The notes beneath the pieces were generated by a model, which made no database searches, had not been told where the DNA came from, and was given only the letters and a program-made list of their open reading frames with translations. From Holophagae bacterium (GTDB lineage Bacteria > Acidobacteriota > Thermoanaerobaculia > Thermoanaerobaculales > Sulfomarinibacteraceae), in assembly GCA_003105185.1 (NCBI GenBank), contig PQAJ01000245.1, positions 35,253 through 99,252 of the forward strand: DNA of 64,000 nt. Direction: 5' to 3'. Below are positions 1-9,157 of the stretch, one piece after another. Both the position numbers and the translations under genes were made by a program. The first letter of the stretch is position 1. Each line of letters opens with the position of its first letter.

Positions 1-153
1 ATCGCCGGGGTCATCCGCGGCGGCGTGGGCACCGCCAGCCTGGTCGCCGGGCGAGATCTGCTGGCCGAAGTCGCGGCCGGCGCGGTCTTCGGCGACCCCT
101 CGAAGCTGACCGCCGGCGGCCCCGGCTGGGACCCGTGGGAAGCCAGCCGCTAG
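1..153 (+). CDS. 3' end of an unidentified CDS entering from upstream of the window
   Basis: Frame 1 is open from base 1 to TAG at 151-153 (..GDPSKLTAGGPGWDPWEASR*). Too short to assign a family. Confidence 0.35.
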   Translation: MAGVIRGGVGTASLVAGRDLLAEVAAGAVFGDPSKLTAGGPGWDPWEASR

Positions 154-157
154 CGAC

Positions 158-1687
158 TCAGTTGCAGGGCACGCCCCCCACCGAGACCGCGTGCGAGGCG
201 GTCTGCGATGTTTCGTCCTTGAACAGCACCGTGAGCGAGACCGTGTAGCACCCCGGCGAGGGGAAGCTCACGGAAACGCCCGCGACCCACGACTCCGTGC
301 GGGATGGCGTGGTCCAGGTCTGCTTCAGCACGTCCCCCACCGGCGCCGAAGCGTCGTAGAAGACCGCCGTCTCGCCCACCTCGGCCGTGGCTGGGCCGCT
401 AATGGCCGCGTAGGGGCCGGTGGGTGTGGCGGTGGGCTCGGGCGTTGGCTCCTCCGTCGGCGTGGCCGTGGGCGCTGGCGTCGGCGCTGGCGTCGGCGTG
501 TTCGCCGGTGCAGCCTGGGTGGCCGGCCGTGTGGTCGGGGTAGCGGTCGCGGGCGGCGTTGTCGCCGTGGCCGTCGGGCTCGCGGCAGGTGAGGCGGCAG
601 CGGTTGGCGAGGCGCTCGCGCCGCCTGCGTTGAGCGGCCCGGCGGTCCGCGTACCGGCGGTGGCTTCCTCCGGCGTGGGTGTCGCCGCAACGGGCGTGTC
701 CTCGGCGGGAGCGGGCGCCGCCAACAGGGGCGAATCGCCGCCACCGTCGCCCCCATTCAGGAAGATGGCGGCAGCCAGCAGGCCGATCCCCGCCACCACG
801 AGCGCGCCCCCGAGGGTGGTCATCAGGCGGGTGCCGCCAATCCCGGTCTTCCGCGCGGTGGCCGCCGGCAGGTAGCCGATGAGCCGCGCGAACCCGGTGA
901 CCGCGGCCTCGAACTCGCGGGGCTGTTCGATGTTGGCGGCGTGGCCGGCCTCGGGCAGGTGCGCTACCCGCACCAGGCCAGCGGGGAAACGCGCGGCGAA
1001 GGCGGCCGCGTTCGGCGCGAAGTCCGCATCGCGGTCGCCCACCACCAGCAGCATCGGCACGCCGAGCTCGCCGTGGCGCTCGTAGGCGTTCACCTCGACC
1101 ACCAGCGACTCCGCCGTCCCCGCCAGGCCCGCTGGCTGGATGCGGTCGAAGTCGCGCGTCAGGAGGTCCTTCGTAATCGGGTCGAGCCGGCGGGAATGGG
1201 CCGGGTAGAGGCGGGTGTTCTTGAGGAAGCCCGTGCCCTCGGATCGCACCCGCGCGGCCATCGCGAGCATCCCCGCGCGTGCAGTCTCGCGCCATTCGGG
1301 CGACCCCGCGGCCGAGCTGGAGTTGATGACCACGAGCCCGGCAAGCCGCTCCGGAACGTCGAGCGCGAACCGCAGCGCCAGCGCGCCCCCGAGCGAGTGC
1401 CCGCAAAGCATGACCTGGTCATAGCCGAGGTGATCGAAGAGGTTGACGAGCCGCCGGACGGCCTGCTCCGGCGCATAAGCCGCCGACGCGATGGGCGCAT
1501 CAGAGGCGCCGTGGCCCAACAGCTCGACCGTGACTACGGTGAAGTGCTCGCGCAGACCGTCCAGGTTCGCTTCGAACGATGCGGAACTTGCCGTGAACCC
1601 GTGGAGGAGGACAAGGGGGGGTGCATCCTGGGGATGCGGGTAGACCTCGTAGCCAATGCGCTGACCAGGTGCGCCGAAAAGCGGCAT
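158..1687 (-). CDS. alpha/beta-fold hydrolase with one TM helix, a Pro/Thr/Ala-rich linker and a C-terminal PKD/Ig-like beta domain
   Basis: 509-aa ORF. It has N-terminal LLHGF and the nucleophile elbow GHSLGG. A TM segment follows (LMTTLGGALVVAGIGLLAAAIFL), then about 110 aa of A/P/T low complexity (TPTPAPTPAPTATPTEEPTPEPTATPTG). The C-terminus is beta-rich (YTVSLTVLFKDETSQTASHAVSVGG). Confidence 0.85.
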   Translation of the reverse strand: MPLFGAPGQRIGYEVYPHPQDAPPLVLLHGFTASSASFEANLDGLREHFTVVTVELLGHGASDAPIASAAYAPEQAVRRLVNLFDHLGYDQVMLCGHSLGGALALRFALDVPERLAGLVVINSSSAAGSPEWRETARAGMLAMAARVRSEGTGFLKNTRLYPAHSRRLDPITKDLLTRDFDRIQPAGLAGTAESLVVEVNAYERHGELGVPMLLVVGDRDADFAPNAAAFAARFPAGLVRVAHLPEAGHAANIEQPREFEAAVTGFARLIGYLPAATARKTGIGGTRLMTTLGGALVVAGIGLLAAAIFLNGGDGGGDSPLLAAPAPAEDTPVAATPTPEEATAGTRTAGPLNAGGASASPTAAASPAASPTATATTPPATATPTTRPATQAAPANTPTPAPTPAPTATPTEEPTPEPTATPTGPYAAISGPATAEVGETAVFYDASAPVGDVLKQTWTTPSRTESWVAGVSVSFPSPGCYTVSLTVLFKDETSQTASHAVSVGGVPCN

Positions 1688-1785
1688 AGGCCGACTGTAG
1701 GTGCGGGACGGGAGAGGCGCAAGACGATCGGGCCTTGTTACACGGCACTGACGCGCATTCCGGCGCGGGTTACGATGGCCAGACT

Positions 1786-2202
1786 ATGGAAATCGACTAC
1801 GCAATCCTGGCCGACCACGCAGAGGTGGTGGGAAACAAGCTCTACCTGATGGGCGGTGGTTGGGACACGATGAACGCAGCCGATGTCCCTGCCCCGGTGC
1901 GCCTGGCGATCGCGAACGGCGTGCGGGTGGAATGGGAAGAGACGAACGTCCCCATCCCGCTGCTCATCACCATCGAAGACGACGACGCCCAGGAGATCGT
2001 CCGGATGGAAGCGCAGCTCAATGTCGGGCGGCCACCTAACCTGCCCGCGGGTGCGACCCAGCTCTCGCAGATGGCCGCGACGGTCCAGGTCTCGCTCCCG
2101 CGCTTTGGTGGCTACCGCGTGCTGGTGGTGGCTGGGACGGGCGAACAGGCAGTCCGGCGCTCGTTGCCGTTCCGGCTCGTACGGCGCCAGCGGCCGGGTT
2201 AA
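1786..2202 (+). CDS. hypothetical protein (138 aa)
   Basis: The ATG at 1786 (MEIDYAILADHAEVVGNKLYLMGGGW..) is preferred over the ORF-track start at 1735. Composition looks coding, but I do not recognise the family. Confidence 0.6.
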   Translation: MEIDYAILADHAEVVGNKLYLMGGGWDTMNAADVPAPVRLAIANGVRVEWEETNVPIPLLITIEDDDAQEIVRMEAQLNVGRPPNLPAGATQLSQMAATVQVSLPRFGGYRVLVVAGTGEQAVRRSLPFRLVRRQRPG

Positions 2203-4328
2203 TCGCCCACGCCGTTCAGTGTATCCACGACCCGGAAGACATCGCCGACTTCGTAGAAATTGACCGCAATGAGGTTCTGGAAGTGGCCCCGTTCGGCTTC
2301 GCACTGGCGCGCCCGTCGCAGGAGGAAGTCGTAGGCGTTGAGCACTTCGGCATCACTCGGGAGCGGCGTCAGCCGGGAAATCCAGTGGTTCAACTGGAAG
2401 AGGGGGCTCCCGGGCAAGCCCCGGTTCGGCCGGCAGCTGAGGTCTGCGACTGTGCGGAACCCATGGGGCGTCTCCTGCGTGAGCTTGAACCCATCGTGGT
2501 ACCAGGGCGGGGCGGGCTCGTTGCCGATGTTCTCCGAGAGGATGAGCAACCGCCGGTCGACCTCGATCATTTGCCGAAGGGTGGGGAGAGGCTTGCCCTC
2601 CTCGAGCGTGTAGACGTAGTCGATCACATGGGTCCGGACGAAGGCCGCCTCCACGTCAAACGGCTCAACGTAATCCTGCAGGAAGATGATCACCACTTCG
2701 TTTGGGTTGCCATCGAGGAACTTTCCCAAACTGGTGAGCGTGCGGTCGAACGACGTGGCTCCCAGCTCGCAGAATGCATGGCACAGGTAGAGCGATTTCC
2801 GGGCGCCGGGCGGGATCGGCCCGATCGCACTGATGAGGTTCTCCGCCGCCTGCGCGGCTTCGGCCCCCAGGCTCGACTCGACCCGCCCGGGGATGCCCAC
2901 GACCTCCGGGTCGGTGCGTACGCCCCGGTTGGTCGCGTAGCCGTAGTACACGTCGATCAGCAGGCCGCGCACGCCGTCATCCAACTGGTCGCCGATGCCC
3001 CGCGTGTGTGAAGCGAAATACCAGCCCGGCTCTTCCGCGGCCGACATCGAGTTGTGCGTTGCGACAAAGGCAACCTCGTCGAGGCGCCGATCGCAGAGTT
3101 CGGCATGGCCGTTACACCGGTCGATCGGCGGCCGGGCGCTGGCCGAATCGGCCCGGAGCGCGTCCCGGTTCACCCAGAAGACGAGCACCATGCCCACGAG
3201 TCCTGCCATCAGCCCGGCGCCGGCGAAGACGCGTGGCAATGCGCGGAAGAATACCGGTGTGGCCGGCCCGGGCGCCTCCTCCCGGGCGCGCGCGATCCCG
3301 AGCGCCCGGAAGACCTCGCTGCCGCCCAGCGAGAGCATCGCCAGTCCCAGAGCCTGGGCGGCAACCCGGAGCGACGGTCCGGGAGCAACCAGGAACAGCA
3401 GCCCGGCCGTGGCCACGCCGGAGGCGAGAACCACCCGCGTAGCACGGCGCTTCCAGGCCGAATCGAGCATGCGGGCGGCCCGCTCCACCCGTTCCCGCGC
3501 TGTAACTCCCTCACGCGTGCTCGCCGCCACGGTGATGATGGCGACCCCGGCCAGCGCCTGGATCCACATCCACCAGACGAGGCCCTCGGCGTAGATCTCC
3601 CAGGTTGCGGCCGAGGCATCGCCGACCACCGGGTTGCCGCCGATGCCCCGCCGGATCATGTCGGCGACCACACCGACCGAAAGCCAGACCGCAACGGACC
3701 CGCCAACGAGGGTGAGCCCGGCCGCCATCGCTGCGCGGCGGCGCGATCGTGCGACCGCGAACGACCCGGCCAGCGACACTGCCGCCCCCGCGATGAAGAC
3801 CCAGCGGACCCCGTCCAGCTGCCGGTCGATCTCAACCACCCGGGTAGCCGCGCCGCGCCTCCCGAGGTCGATGGAACCGACCGAAGAGCCACCCGGCACG
3901 CGGTCGGCAAGTTCTGCATCGTAGGCGCGCAGGGCAGCGACCGCGATGGTCATGACGTCGGAGATGTTGAGGACGATGCTGCGCCGGTCGGTTTCGAAAA
4001 TGGCGTGGTGCAGCTCCCGCGCACCCTGCACGATGATCGCCTCGACCGCCTTGCTGGTCAGCGCCGTATTGACGACGGTCTCCAGCAGAGGCCTCGCGGT
4101 GACCAGGTCCGGCTGCTGGGCGATGGCCTGATCGACGATGACCCGCCGGACCTCCCCGCGGACATCGTCGCGTTCGAGCACACGGACGGCGGTCCCGGCG
4201 AACCGGTCGGCATCGAAGATCGCGTCGGATGCCCACGTCTGGACGACGGCAAGCGTGACCAGCACTCCGGCGACGACGGCCAGGCTAAGAGACAGCACAT
4301 CACCCGAAACCCGCGCCAGCCAGTGCAC
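2199..4328 (-). CDS. polytopic membrane protein with a C-terminal PLC-like phosphodiesterase (PI-PLC X-domain-like) domain
   Basis: 709-aa ORF with several N-terminal hydrophobic helices. The C-terminal half contains THNSMSAAEEPGW..GVRGLLIDVYYG..LCHAFCELG, typical of PLC-like TIM-barrel phosphodiesterases. Confidence 0.8.
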   Translation of the reverse strand: MHWLARVSGDVLSLSLAVVAGVLVTLAVVQTWASDAIFDADRFAGTAVRVLERDDVRGEVRRVIVDQAIAQQPDLVTARPLLETVVNTALTSKAVEAIIVQGARELHHAIFETDRRSIVLNISDVMTIAVAALRAYDAELADRVPGGSSVGSIDLGRRGAATRVVEIDRQLDGVRWVFIAGAAVSLAGSFAVARSRRRAAMAAGLTLVGGSVAVWLSVGVVADMIRRGIGGNPVVGDASAATWEIYAEGLVWWMWIQALAGVAIITVAASTREGVTARERVERAARMLDSAWKRRATRVVLASGVATAGLLFLVAPGPSLRVAAQALGLAMLSLGGSEVFRALGIARAREEAPGPATPVFFRALPRVFAGAGLMAGLVGMVLVFWVNRDALRADSASARPPIDRCNGHAELCDRRLDEVAFVATHNSMSAAEEPGWYFASHTRGIGDQLDDGVRGLLIDVYYGYATNRGVRTDPEVVGIPGRVESSLGAEAAQAAENLISAIGPIPPGARKSLYLCHAFCELGATSFDRTLTSLGKFLDGNPNEVVIIFLQDYVEPFDVEAAFVRTHVIDYVYTLEEGKPLPTLRQMIEVDRRLLILSENIGNEPAPPWYHDGFKLTQETPHGFRTVADLSCRPNRGLPGSPLFQLNHWISRLTPLPSDAEVLNAYDFLLRRARQCEAERGHFQNLIAVNFYEVGDVFRVVDTLNGVGD

Positions 4329-4415
4329 CGCTGCCTCCGGACCGGGTGGAACACCCGCGGCCCAATCCTAGCCCGAACCGCCTCTCGCGGAAATGCGGTC
4401 CGTGGGGGCTGTCAT

Positions 4416-6791
4416 TCAGCCCGGGATCGCGGCCGCTTCCGCCACGGGACTTCGTCCCCGCGTCAGGTACTCATCATCCAGCGAGAGGAACAGCTCCTCT
4501 TCCTGGGCGACATTCAGCCGCAGGACAGCGTGGAGCGCGTAGAGCACCCGCCGCACGTCCGCCAGGTCTTCCCGGTCGGGCCCGGTCGAGGGCATGTCCT
4601 CGTGCAGGGATTGGAACTGGCGGGCCAGGTGGAAGATCTCCTGGTGGGTGCGGCTCATCGCTGCCAGCGGCTCGTCCCCTTTCAGGAGCGCGGCCAGCCG
4701 AGGATAGAGCACCTGCTCGTCTTCCATCTCGTGGGGGATGACGTCATCGACGAGGAACGCGTTCACCGAGCTCATTGCGGCCGATGCCTCGGCCGCGCTC
4801 ATATCCTCGATCCGGTCAGCCAGCGAGCGCAGCTGTTCGAGGGCGGGGATGAAGCGCAGGTGCTCGCGCCGCAGATCTTCCGCCAGTTCGGCGGGCATGC
4901 GCGCCTGGACGCGGCCGTCCCGCCCTCCCCCGAGCGCGCGCAGGGCGCTCAAGATCGCGACCACGTCGATGCCCTCCTGCACGATCGCGCCCGCCACCGG
5001 CGGCAGGTAGCCAAACGCGGCGAAGCCCATCGCCACGACCGAGAGGCTCATCCCCACAACCATGCTCTCGACCGCGATGCGGCGCGTGCGCTGGGCGATC
5101 GTCAGCGCCTCGGAGAGCCGGTCGAGCCGGTCGACCATCAGCACCACATCGGCCGCCTCCGATGCCGACGTCGCCCCCCGCGCTCCCATGGCCACGCCCA
5201 CGTCCGCGGCAGCCAGGGCGGGCGCATCGTTGATGCCGTCGCCGACCATCACGGTCACGCGCGTATCCTTCGAGCGCCGGACCGCGTCGACCTTCTCTTC
5301 GGGCGTCAGTCCCGCCAGCACGTGGTCCATGCCGAGCGCCGCACCAACCGCGTCGGCGATCGTCAGGTGATCGCCCGTGACCATCACCACTTCGTCGACA
5401 CCGGCGCGCTTCAATGCGCGGATGGCCCGGGCAGCCTCCGGACGGATCGGGTCGTGGAGCACCATCGCGCCCGCCATCTCGCCATCCACCTCGACGAAGA
5501 CCGTGGAGCCCCCTTCGCGCAGGATCCCTCGCCGGAACCGCCGGACCGCATCGGAGATGTCGCCCTCGGCCTTGAGCCATGCGAACTTGCCCAGGCGTAC
5601 CCGGTGGCCATCGACGATGCCCTCGATTCCAGCGCCAGGCCGTTCGGTGACGGCGGTCGGGATGGTCAGCGCCAGTCCCTGGTCCCGCGCGGCCCGCACG
5701 AGCGAGACCGCCATCACGTGCGACGAAAGCTGGTCGAGTGAGGCCGCGATTCGCATCAACTCGGGTTCGGACATGTCGCCGAACACGGCCACCCGTTCCA
5801 CCGCTGGCGCCCCCGCGGTCAGCGTGCCCGTCTTATCCATGTACACCGCGCGGGCGCGGGCGAGGACCTCGATGGCGCCGCCACCCTTCACCACGATGCC
5901 CCGGCGGGCGGAGCGCGAGACTCCCGAGACGATGGCGATCGGCGCCGCGAGCAGGAGCGGGCAGGGCGTCGCCACCACCACCACCGCCAGCGCGCGCTCC
6001 GGGGTCCCGGCAAACAGCCAGGCCAGCCCGGCCACCACCAGCGTGAGCGGCAGGAAGAACATCGCATACCGATCGGCCAGCCGGACCAGCGGCGCCTTCG
6101 ACTCCTGGGCGGCGCGCACCAGCCGGATGATGCCCGCGTAGGTGCTCGCCTCGGCGGTCGCGGTCGCCCGGATGCGGAAGGGCGAACCGGCGTTCACCAC
6201 ACCGCTCGCCACGTGCTCGCCCAGGCCCCGCTCCACCAGGCGGCTCTCGCCGGTCAGCGCCGATTCATCCAGCACCGCCACGCCCTCGGCCACGATGCCA
6301 TCGACCGGGACCACGTCAGAATCGCGCACGAACAGCGCGTCGCCGGGCTGGACCTCCTCGATCGGGACGGTCGTAAGGGTGTCGCCGTCAATCCGGACCG
6401 CCGTGCGCGGCGCCCGCCGCAACAATGACGAAAGTTCGCGGCTGGCGCGAGCTTCCGCGTACTCCTCCAGCGCGATCCCGGTCGCGACCATGAGCGCGAT
6501 GACCGCGCCGGTGAGGTACTCGCCCAGGGCCAGCGCCCCGCCCATCGCCAGGAGCGCGATCACATCAACGCCCGCCCGCCGCTGGATGAGCTGGCGGGCA
6601 ATGTCGATGGTCACGGGCACGAGCGTGAGGACTGTCGTGGCCGCCCAGGCGCCATCGGCAACGGTGTCATTCCCCGCTGCCCACGCGACCAGGCCGGTGC
6701 CAAGGCCTATCACCGAAAGAACGAGAAGCCAGTAGCGCTTGGTGAACTCGCCCACGATATGCATCTTCACCTGCGGGACGCGGGTTGTCAC
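4416..6791 (-). CDS. P1B-type heavy-metal P-type ATPase (P1B-5-like, TPCP motif) fused to a C-terminal hemerythrin-like domain
   Basis: Contains DKTGTLT, GDGINDAPAL and TM4 ATPCPLLLAAP, and has no N-terminal HMA domain. The C-terminal roughly 150 aa carry H/E-rich hemerythrin-type motifs (REHLRFIP.., HEMEDEQVLYPRL, HQEIFHLARQF). The start could be 6791 (GTG) or the ATG at 6764. Confidence 0.93.
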   Translation of the reverse strand: MTTRVPQVKMHIVGEFTKRYWLLVLSVIGLGTGLVAWAAGNDTVADGAWAATTVLTLVPVTIDIARQLIQRRAGVDVIALLAMGGALALGEYLTGAVIALMVATGIALEEYAEARASRELSSLLRRAPRTAVRIDGDTLTTVPIEEVQPGDALFVRDSDVVPVDGIVAEGVAVLDESALTGESRLVERGLGEHVASGVVNAGSPFRIRATATAEASTYAGIIRLVRAAQESKAPLVRLADRYAMFFLPLTLVVAGLAWLFAGTPERALAVVVVATPCPLLLAAPIAIVSGVSRSARRGIVVKGGGAIEVLARARAVYMDKTGTLTAGAPAVERVAVFGDMSEPELMRIAASLDQLSSHVMAVSLVRAARDQGLALTIPTAVTERPGAGIEGIVDGHRVRLGKFAWLKAEGDISDAVRRFRRGILREGGSTVFVEVDGEMAGAMVLHDPIRPEAARAIRALKRAGVDEVVMVTGDHLTIADAVGAALGMDHVLAGLTPEEKVDAVRRSKDTRVTVMVGDGINDAPALAAADVGVAMGARGATSASEAADVVLMVDRLDRLSEALTIAQRTRRIAVESMVVGMSLSVVAMGFAAFGYLPPVAGAIVQEGIDVVAILSALRALGGGRDGRVQARMPAELAEDLRREHLRFIPALEQLRSLADRIEDMSAAEASAAMSSVNAFLVDDVIPHEMEDEQVLYPRLAALLKGDEPLAAMSRTHQEIFHLARQFQSLHEDMPSTGPDREDLADVRRVLYALHAVLRLNVAQEEELFLSLDDEYLTRGRSPVAEAAAIPG

Positions 6792-6838
6792 GGTGGCGAT
6801 CCGGCCCGTGAATCCGCCCGGGTGGCCGGGGAACTAAC

Positions 6839-7354
6839 TCAGGGTGTGACTTCGAACGCCCAGCCAACCACCTGCTTCGACTCGGCCAGGGGGTTGTTCG
6901 GGTCTTGCACCGCGATCGCAGCCGTGTGCTTCCCGACCGCCAGCCCGGCTTCGGGCACGAAACAGACCTTGCCCGTTGTGGGGGCTTCACGGGTCGGGAC
7001 GATCCAGAGCAGCTCCTCGGTCACCTCGACCCCGTCGACGGCCATCCGGAACCACTGGGCGTATTGCGGCAGGCCATCGAAGGTGACTTCCGCGCAGATG
7101 CCCTTCGGGTCGCCAAGGTTCGCCGTGCGGGTCGAAGCCTGCGCCACCTTCGCCGCGTGCTCGGGCGAGATGGAGGTGATGTTGCCGCCGAGGACGGGCG
7201 CCGGCCCGAAGTCCGCGGGGATGCCCGCGGTGCCGGTCACACCCGGTGCGCCCGGCGTTGAAGTGGTCGCGGGCGTATCCGGGCCATCGCCACAGGCGGC
7301 GAACAGCAGGGCGGCGCCGGCGAAGGCAACAGGCAGGAGTATCCGCAACTTCAT
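6839..7354 (-). CDS. lipoprotein of unknown function, immediately upstream of the P1B ATPase
   Basis: Signal peptide plus lipobox (MKLRILLPVAFAGAALLFAAC|GDG) followed by a beta-rich mature part. It lies on the same strand 48 nt upstream of the ATPase start. Confidence 0.7.
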   Translation of the reverse strand: MKLRILLPVAFAGAALLFAACGDGPDTPATTSTPGAPGVTGTAGIPADFGPAPVLGGNITSISPEHAAKVAQASTRTANLGDPKGICAEVTFDGLPQYAQWFRMAVDGVEVTEELLWIVPTREAPTTGKVCFVPEAGLAVGKHTAAIAVQDPNNPLAESKQVVGWAFEVTP

Positions 7355-7469
7355 GGTACGCAGCCGAGGCTAGCACCGGCCCGGCGCTGGAGCCAGCATG
7401 TCATCTGCACCTTGGCTTTACGGTCGCCCGGGGCTCAGCCTCTCCCTGAACACCACAGGGGGGACCTCC

Positions 7470-7835
7470 ATGGACGACAACGAAACCGGCGCCGGCGAAC
7501 TGACTGTCGAGGCGCTGCAAGAGCAACTCGCCGCGCGCGAGGCCGAACTGGCCGCCAGCCACGAAGCCGGCCGGGCCGCGGTCGAGCGGCTGAAGGCAGC
7601 GCTCATCGCCACGAATCCCGCCATCGACCCCGCGCTCCTGACCGGCGAGACCGCCGGCGAGGTGGAGGCGAGCTTCGCGGCCGCCACAGCGCTCGTCGAA
7701 CGCGTCCGCGAACAACTCCGCCGCGAAAGCGCCGCCGCGATCCCCGCCGGGGCGCCCGCCCGCGGGCACGCAACCCCGCGGACCGCTATCGAGAAGATCC
7801 GCGAGGGGCTCGCGCGCCAGGCCCCACGCGCTTAG
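7470..7835 (+). CDS. hypothetical coiled-coil protein (121 aa)
   Basis: ATG at 7470 is preceded by GGGGGGA. The sequence MDDNETGAGELTVEALQEQLAAREAELAA.. is helical and Ala/Glu-rich. The 5' part of the ORF-track call (7398) lacks an RBS. Confidence 0.5.
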   Translation: MDDNETGAGELTVEALQEQLAAREAELAASHEAGRAAVERLKAALIATNPAIDPALLTGETAGEVEASFAAATALVERVREQLRRESAAAIPAGAPARGHATPRTAIEKIREGLARQAPRA

Positions 7836-7869
7836 TCCCCAGCGGCGCCACCGGTTCCGGCCGCCCCGA

Positions 7870-8124
7870 TCAGGCGCTCAAGCGGATCGGGCCTGTAGCC
7901 GGTTCCGGGATCGGGTCGCCGTGAACAAGTGCCGACTCGACCCAGACCGCCATGGCCTCGGAGAGGTTTCGGATCGCCTCCTCCGGCGTCTCGCCTGCGG
8001 TAAAGCACCCTGGCAGCTCCGGGATCTCTCCCAGGTACCCCTCGCCCGGTTCGCCGGTGATGACCTGGTGGTAGGGACGGCGGATGATGGCCTGCACCTG
8101 CGCTTCCAGTTCTTCAGCCGTCAT
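7870..8124 (-). CDS. hicB: HicB-family antitoxin (orphan, no adjacent HicA)
   Basis: 84 aa with the motif YHQVITGEPGEGYLGEIPELPGCFTAGETPEEA. It is a close paralog of the HicB at 17538-17792. Confidence 0.8.
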   Translation of the reverse strand: MTAEELEAQVQAIIRRPYHQVITGEPGEGYLGEIPELPGCFTAGETPEEAIRNLSEAMAVWVESALVHGDPIPEPATGPIRLSA

Positions 8125-8186
8125 TCTTCATCCTCCCTCGTGTGCTCCAGGACCATGCTGCCGAGCACTGAGCTGGATCCGCGCGC

Positions 8187-9089
8187 TTAGTCCCGCGTCA
8201 GGTCCGCGATCAGCGTGTGCGGCTTCGGGAAGGCGGCATCGACCCAGACCGCGACGAGCTCCGCGTCTTCCGGCACCTCGAACGTGATGAACCCCCGCTG
8301 GCGCTGGCCCGGCGCCAGCTCGCGGCTGGAGAACTCCGGCTCCTTCTCGCCGAAGCCGAAGTCGTAGATGAAGCCGTCACTGTCCTGGATGGTGAAGTCG
8401 AAGGGGCTGCCCGAGACCTGCCTGTCGAGCGCCTCCTGGGTCACCTCGATGACGACCCAGCGCTTGCCCGGGTCCGGCCCGAAATACTCGCCGGCCTTCG
8501 CCGGGTCCTCGATGCTGTGGACCGTGTAGCGGCTCCCGCCGGCCTCCACCGCCGTCCCTATCGCCGGCCCGGCGCCGGGCGTGGGCACGGGTTGCGGCTC
8601 ATCGTCGCTCGGGGCGGCGTCGTCGCCGCCACCGAGGACGCCGCCGGGGCCCAGGTCGCCGCAGTCGGTCTGGACCCACTTGCCGTCCTCCCACACCCAT
8701 TCGCTCCACTCTTCTTCCTGGCCCTCGTCGAAGCCCTCAATATCCCTGGCCTCGACCACAAGCTTCACCTCGCCGCGATCACCCGAGAAGTTGCGGACCT
8801 CAACGTCCTTCACCTTGATGTCCTTGAGCTTGGCGCCGGTAAAGGCTTCCATGAACGCCTCCGCGAGCGTCATGCCGGCGGCGAACTCCGTGTACGGCGT
8901 CTGCTCGCGGCATTCCTTCGAGTACGCGTCGTAGGCGTCGTGGAGGTCGCCCCCGAAGATGCCCTCGGCGGCGCGACGGACCGCCTTCTCGAGGCCCGCT
9001 TCGGACTTCGCATCGCCGCCGTCACCGCCACCACAGGCAGCAACGAACACGAACGCCAGGGCGGCAAGGATACCGGCGAGCACACGCAT
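8187..9089 (-). CDS. lipoprotein with a C-terminal DUF4352-like domain
   Basis: Lipobox FVFVAAC|GGG. The C-terminal RYTVHSIEDP..KRWVVIEVT..FTIQDSDGFIYD..RGFITFEVPEDA pattern is typical of DUF4352. Confidence 0.8.
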   Translation of the reverse strand: MRVLAGILAALAFVFVAACGGGDGGDAKSEAGLEKAVRRAAEGIFGGDLHDAYDAYSKECREQTPYTEFAAGMTLAEAFMEAFTGAKLKDIKVKDVEVRNFSGDRGEVKLVVEARDIEGFDEGQEEEWSEWVWEDGKWVQTDCGDLGPGGVLGGGDDAAPSDDEPQPVPTPGAGPAIGTAVEAGGSRYTVHSIEDPAKAGEYFGPDPGKRWVVIEVTQEALDRQVSGSPFDFTIQDSDGFIYDFGFGEKEPEFSSRELAPGQRQRGFITFEVPEDAELVAVWVDAAFPKPHTLIADLTRD

Positions 9090-9157
9090 CGGACTTCACC
9101 TCGTTGGAGATGGAGTCTGGGAGAAGGGGCGGTATGGGCGCAAGCTGGGGAAAAGCC

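Noticed and set aside
3054-5741. 895-aa plus-strand ORF spanning the PLC-like gene and the P1B ATPase gene
   Set aside because: It is antisense to two well-supported minus-strand genes. The product is Arg/Gly/Pro/His-rich with no recognisable motifs. This is a typical shadow ORF of high-GC DNA.
7398-7469. ORF-track N-terminal extension of the coiled-coil protein, and similar 5' extensions at 1735, 9807, 24045, 24788, 28065, 45967-46047, 56037+ and 57943-58104
   Set aside because: In each case an internal ATG or GTG with a GGAGG-type RBS (or a -10 element) coincides with the start of recognisable homology. The upstream codons are low-complexity or overlap the preceding gene.
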